Below are positions 62,354-64,000 of a stretch of DNA of 64,000 nucleotides, piece by piece. The notes beneath the pieces are model-generated. The model made no database searches. It saw nothing but the letters and a program-made list of their open reading frames with translations, and was not told the DNA's origin. The first letter of the stretch is position 1. Every line of letters begins with the position of its first letter. The stretch is taken from the NCBI GenBank assembly GCA_040375445.1, contig JBEISK010000004.1, positions 2,115 through 66,114 of the forward strand, written 5' to 3'. A program made the position numbers and the translations under genes. Origin of the DNA: Gammaproteobacteria bacterium (GTDB lineage Bacteria > Cyanobacteriota > Vampirovibrionia > Vampirovibrionales > JAJTHC01).

Positions 62354-64000
62354 ATGCTCTCTATGTCTATACCTTTTTCTCTACCTGCTTTGTTTTCAAC
62401 AATACCCAATCTTCCTCTTGAAAAAAAACAAGCCCCGACGCCTGAAGATTCTACTGAAGATCAACTACGGTGGTTTGGTCAATTACAAAATGCCTTTAGC
62501 GAAAATCCACAAGAAAAGAAAACCATACTCCAACTTTGGAACAAAGGCGTCTTGAGTGATAGCAAGGGCGACGATCGACATTCGACGCTTTATTACCTAA
62601 ACAAACGCTTACAAGAACCCTGCTTGCCGGGTTTAGATTCTAGGCAAACCGTAGAAGAAACTGTAAACTTACTCGCCGATTCGTCACGCTTAACGCAAAA
62701 AATAAGTCCACTAAATGTCAACCACCTGCCTTTAATGATGACGAGCTATCTCAACCCAAATGACCCACTCTATCAACAACAAGCTCTGCCTGTCCCTCAA
62801 TCAGCGCAAGAAGTTCAACTTACGGAGCTCAATAGTTGCAGCGTACTCGGTGAAATCGGACGCTTGGTAGATACCCACCCCAAAGAAGTCGCTCGTATGA
62901 TTTATGAAGCGTCGAACCCTACCCAAGACTTTCATGAAATCGTGAATGCTGATAGACTCTTCCCCGATGCCCCCATACTTGCGGAACAAGTCCTCAAGGA
63001 TCTAAATTTGGACTACCACATTTTAGACGAGAAAAATGACCTAAAAGGGAAGGCTCCCACTCGCTTTAAGGTCTCCCTGCCTGTGCCTCATTTAGGCGTG
63101 ATACGTGCCATGAACGCCCAAGAACTAAAGGACCCCAACACGGCGTCTGGGGCAGAATTGTTGTTAGAAGAAGCTTTACTGTACAATTTTACTTCCAAAA
63201 GCTATGACGCAGGTCGTGACACCCGTGATGCCCTAGCCTTAACGTCGTCGCAAGTCAATAATTCAAAAAGCCTAAGCCCTCAAGACAAAGAAGCTTTGAA
63301 TAAACTTATCAACCAAAGTCCACGGCGTCCTGATTTAGCGAAAGCTGCTGTTAAAACGTATTTAAGTACCATTCAAACCAGTCATCCCGAAGAACTCGAT
63401 GCGATTGACGCCAGCTTAGATGCCACGACTTCAGGCTTGAGCCAAGAAGAGCAGTTAATGATGGAACGAATTTTAGAAGACGATCTTTCGCTTGAAAATG
63501 TGACCTATCAACAAGTTGGGGAAATGAGTCAAAACAAGCGAGACAGCTCTTCTAAACCTACGGGCGAAAACACACACGCTTTACTCGGCTATACCAAACC
63601 CTTTACGGCCATTAAACAAGATTTACTTGTGGGATTAGCAAGCCCCCTTGGACAGGTTTTAGCCAATGTCGTCGAACCCGAGGGGGACGGTTCCTTTGAG
63701 AAGGGTCACGTCGTGCGGATTATAGCCGCTCGCCCAAGTCCCTTGAAGATCCCAAAGCTCAACAGCACGGATTTTTTGGTGCAAGACACGTCTCAAGCGT
63801 CTTCTGGGCAGGGCAATCAGACGAATAGTATTCAGTGGTGGCATGAAAGTCAATTAATCCCTCGTATTCACCACATTACGGAAGTTCAAACGGATGCTGA
63901 AAACGCTTGGAAGTCGATGGCTCCTGCCACGCCCGAAAATCCCTATGGTATCTTGAGTGCGGAAAAAGCGAATGATGCCCACTACACGCTAGATTTTGTG
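62354..64000 (+). CDS. large orphan protein, 3'-partial (runs off the window); absent from the ORF track
   Basis: Codons read by hand from ATG 62354 (MLSMSIPFSLPALF...) show no stop through 64000, giving exactly 549 codons. Only short antisense ORFs are listed in this region. Confidence 0.6.
   Translation, partial: MLSMSIPFSLPALFSTIPNLPLEKKQAPTPEDSTEDQLRWFGQLQNAFSENPQEKKTILQLWNKGVLSDSKGDDRHSTLYYLNKRLQEPCLPGLDSRQTVEETVNLLADSSRLTQKISPLNVNHLPLMMTSYLNPNDPLYQQQALPVPQSAQEVQLTELNSCSVLGEIGRLVDTHPKEVARMIYEASNPTQDFHEIVNADRLFPDAPILAEQVLKDLNLDYHILDEKNDLKGKAPTRFKVSLPVPHLGVIRAMNAQELKDPNTASGAELLLEEALLYNFTSKSYDAGRDTRDALALTSSQVNNSKSLSPQDKEALNKLINQSPRRPDLAKAAVKTYLSTIQTSHPEELDAIDASLDATTSGLSQEEQLMMERILEDDLSLENVTYQQVGEMSQNKRDSSSKPTGENTHALLGYTKPFTAIKQDLLVGLASPLGQVLANVVEPEGDGSFEKGHVVRIIAARPSPLKIPKLNSTDFLVQDTSQASSGQGNQTNSIQWWHESQLIPRIHHITEVQTDAENAWKSMAPATPENPYGILSAEKANDAHYTLDFV

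Overview
This window is a mostly housekeeping stretch of a Gram-negative-type chromosome interrupted by two related tRNA-linked genomic islands. Recognisable core genes are metF, manC, mnmG, folK, an ABC-F ATPase, mazG, an AddB-like nuclease, kpsF, deoC, trxB, tyrS, an FtsH paralog, trpD/trpG and anmK. No taxon can be assigned from the sequence alone.

Island 1 (about 243-12553) begins in the last bases of a stand-alone tRNA-Ile(GAU). Island 2 (39639-48526) is bounded by a 32-bp direct repeat that contains the 3' end of tRNA-Glu(UUC).

The two islands share a backbone:
- a DUF3987 helicase-like protein, preceded by a Toprim primase in island 1 and fused to a Prim-Pol domain in island 2;
- a highly conserved small protein;
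- an HGGxSTG protein plus an upstream partner;
- a conserved noncoding block with GCGAAACCTGCGAAAGT iteron-like repeats.

Both islands carry only fragments of a large serine recombinase. Their cargo includes a 1655-aa Type ISP restriction-modification enzyme, a 'mobile mystery protein A/B' HTH-Fic pair, a class II Fic protein, and an AbiJ-like HEPN gene just outside island 2.

The best candidates for undescribed biology are several visibly AT-rich orphan ORF cassettes that sit exactly where backbone genes are truncated: 294-992, 6162-6668, 11842-12489 and 46215-47860. Two of them lie between the same pair of conserved flanking repeats.

A family of GEGWGEG-encoding palindromic MITE-like repeats is scattered through the window. 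Two copies sit in frame inside long genes, and one 465-bp locus forms a nested giant palindrome. No rRNA genes or CRISPR arrays were seen. All functional calls rest on motifs read by eye, because no database search was possible.
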